Part shown: in pieces, positions 61,993 through 64,000 of the stretch
Position numbering within the stretch: the first letter of the stretch is position 1
Layout of the letters: each line of letters starts with the position of its first letter
DNA from: the human T2T-CHM13v2.0 reference genome, Homo sapiens
Assembly (NCBI RefSeq): GCF_009914755.1
Contig: NC_060942.1
Length of the DNA: 64,000 bases
Strand: one strand, 5' to 3'
The notes under the pieces: model-generated
Database searches by the model: none
What the model saw: only the letters and a program-made list of their open reading frames with translations
Told to the model about the DNA's origin: nothing
Program-made: the position numbers and the translations under genes

Positions 61993-62291
61993 AGGGAGGG
62001 ACCTGGTAGGAGGTGATTGGATCACGGGGGCAGTTTCCCCCATGCTGTTCTCGTGATAGCGAGTTCTCATGAGATCTGATGGTTTAAAAGTGGCACTTCC
62101 CCCTTCACAGTCTTTCTCTCCTGCCACCATGTGAAGAAAGTACTTACTTATCCTTCCTTTTCTACCATGATTGTAAGTTTTCTGAGGCCTCCTCAGCCAC
62201 GAAGAACTGTGAGTCAATTAAACCTCTTTCCTTTAATAAATTACCCAGTCTCAAGTAGTTCTTTATAGCAGTGTGAAAATGGACTAATACA
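61993..62291 (+). mobile_element. THE1/MST MaLR LTR (partial)
   Basis: gaactgtgagtcaattaaacctctttc...ggactaataca. Confidence 0.88.
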
Positions 62292-62695
62292 GATCCCCCC
62301 CACCACAACATTCAGCTGAGTACTCATCAATGTATATATGTGAAGCAACTACCTGAGGCTAGGGAAAAAACTACTCATAATGAGAGGTAACAGTGTCCAG
62401 TGTTCAAACAGATCCAATAACAATGTCGGTTTCCACCAGCCAGAAAGCAAGCCCCATGATTCACAGGACATTGGTAGAGTACAAAAGACTTTGGCTGAGG
62501 AGTAGGGAAGAATTAGTCCTGGACTGACCAGACCCAGACCCCTGCTCCAGACCCACCTAACAAATTTGAAAAAGTAAGATCTGAAAGAATCGATTTGTTT
62601 TCAAGTAACTTCTTTGCATCCCAGAACAAAGCTCAGTAATATTTATAGGAATTCCAAAATATCCAATGCTCAACAAGATAAAATGTACAATGTTT

Positions 62696-63046
62696 GTGTT
62701 ATGAACTGAATGTTTGTGTCCCCCTCTAAATTTATGTGTTGAAATTCTAACTCCCAATATGATGATATTTGGAGGTGGGGCCTTTAGGAGAAAATTAGGT
62801 CCTAAAAGTGGACCCCTCATGGATGGGATTAGTGCTCTTATAAAAAATAATGTGAGAGCTGGCTTTTTCTCTCTTTGCCATGTGATGTTGGCAATATGCA
62901 ACCCAGAAGAGGACCCTCACCAGAGCCAACTGTGCTGACATCCTGATTTCAGAATTTCAGTTTCCAGAACTATGAGAAATAAATATTTGTTCACAAGCCA
63001 CCTAGTTTATGGTAATTTGTTACAGCAGCACAAATTGACTAAGACA
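62696..63046 (+). mobile_element. MLT1A-like LTR within an L1M relic
   Basis: tgttatgaactgaatgtttgtgtcccc ... gactaagaca. Confidence 0.82.
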
Positions 63047-63380
63047 GTCTGAAATCTAATAAAAAAATTACTAGGCATGCAAAGAAGCAGAAGAATGTGA
63101 CTCATAGTAAGAATAAAAATCAATCAGTTGAAACTGACTCACAACTGACATTAAGGTTAGAATTGGCAAACAAGGATATTAAAATAATTATAACTAATAG
63201 ATACATGAGAGATATAAAAAAAGATTCAAATCAAACTTCTAGAGATGAGGAGTACAATGTGTGAGCTGTAAAGTATGCTTAATGGTATTATTGACAGATT
63301 AGACATTGTAGAAGAGATTAGTGACCTTGGAGACATAGACATAGAAGCTGTCCAAAATGAAGCAAAGAGAGAAAGGAAAC

Positions 63381-64000
63381 TGATTTAGTCATGGTTACCC
63401 AGACAGAACTGATAGAATACATATATATATAGATACATGAGAAAGGACTGATTATGAGAATTGGCTCACTTGATTGAGGTTGAGAAGTCCCACAACAGCC
63501 TGTCTGCAAGCTGGAGAAGCAAGGAAACCATAGTATGACTCAGTCCAAGTCCAAAGGCCTCAGAACCAAGGAGGCTAATGGTGAGAACTCTGAGACTGAG
63601 GCTGAAGGCCTGAGAGCCCAGGGGGCTGTCATACAAGTCCTATCGTCCAATAGCCAGAGAATCTAGAGTTATGATGTCCAAAGGCACATCCCCACTCCAT
63701 AAGAGAGAACAAAAATTCACTCTTACTCCATCCTTTTGTTCAATTCAGGCCCCCAGCTGATTGGATGATGTCCATCCACATTGAAGCTAGATCTTCCCCA
63801 CTCAGTCCACCAACTCATATGCCAATGTCATCTGGAAACACCCTCTCAAACATTCCTGGGGGAGCCCAATCATTCCAATCAAATGGCAAGCCATCTGGGT
63901 TTCCCTTTCAGCAGAAAAGGGATGTGCTCAGTGCCCACTGAAGCACTGAGAATAAACAATGCTTTCCCAGGTACCTAAGTGTCCCTTAATCCAGGCAAGT
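63381..64000 (-). mobile_element. MLT2 (HERV-L) LTR, runs off the window end
   Basis: gagaagtcccaca...tctgcaagctggaga ... ggaaacaccctc ... cccttaatcca. Confidence 0.8.

Noticed and set aside
58840-64000. TTC39C promoter or first exon
   Set aside because: No CpG island or recognisable exon in the window; the region is mostly LTR/L1 relics.

Overview
This is human (primate) genomic DNA. Positions ~4.4-31.3 kb hold the 3' end of LAMA3 (laminin alpha-3) on the + strand. I found 13 coding exons with canonical AG/GT boundaries that splice into one frame of 1825 nt, encoding the end of LG2, LG3, the protease-sensitive linker, LG4 and LG5. The stop is TAA at 30904-30906, followed by a ~420 nt AU-rich 3'UTR. 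The remaining ~33 kb is repeat-rich intergenic sequence: many Alus, a 4.2 kb truncated L1PA, an intact LTR2B solo LTR, MaLR/ERVL LTRs, and MIR/L2/MER5 relics. From recalled gene order, TTC39C lies a little beyond the right edge; it is not visible here. Almost all non-LAMA3 ORFs in the track are Alu/L1-derived or spurious. I see no new protein-coding system. The most unusual signals are local templated duplications: a 242 bp inverted copy of a motif-rich LTR segment bracketed by direct repeats, a 42-58 bp direct repeat flanking an in-frame exon, a 22-26 bp dispersed repeat, and an AT-rich fold-back palindrome. Also notable are a candidate LTR2B-driven spliced transcript and an in-frame alternative acceptor at the LG3/LG4 cleavage site. 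Repeat family names and residue or exon numbers are from memory, not from a database search.
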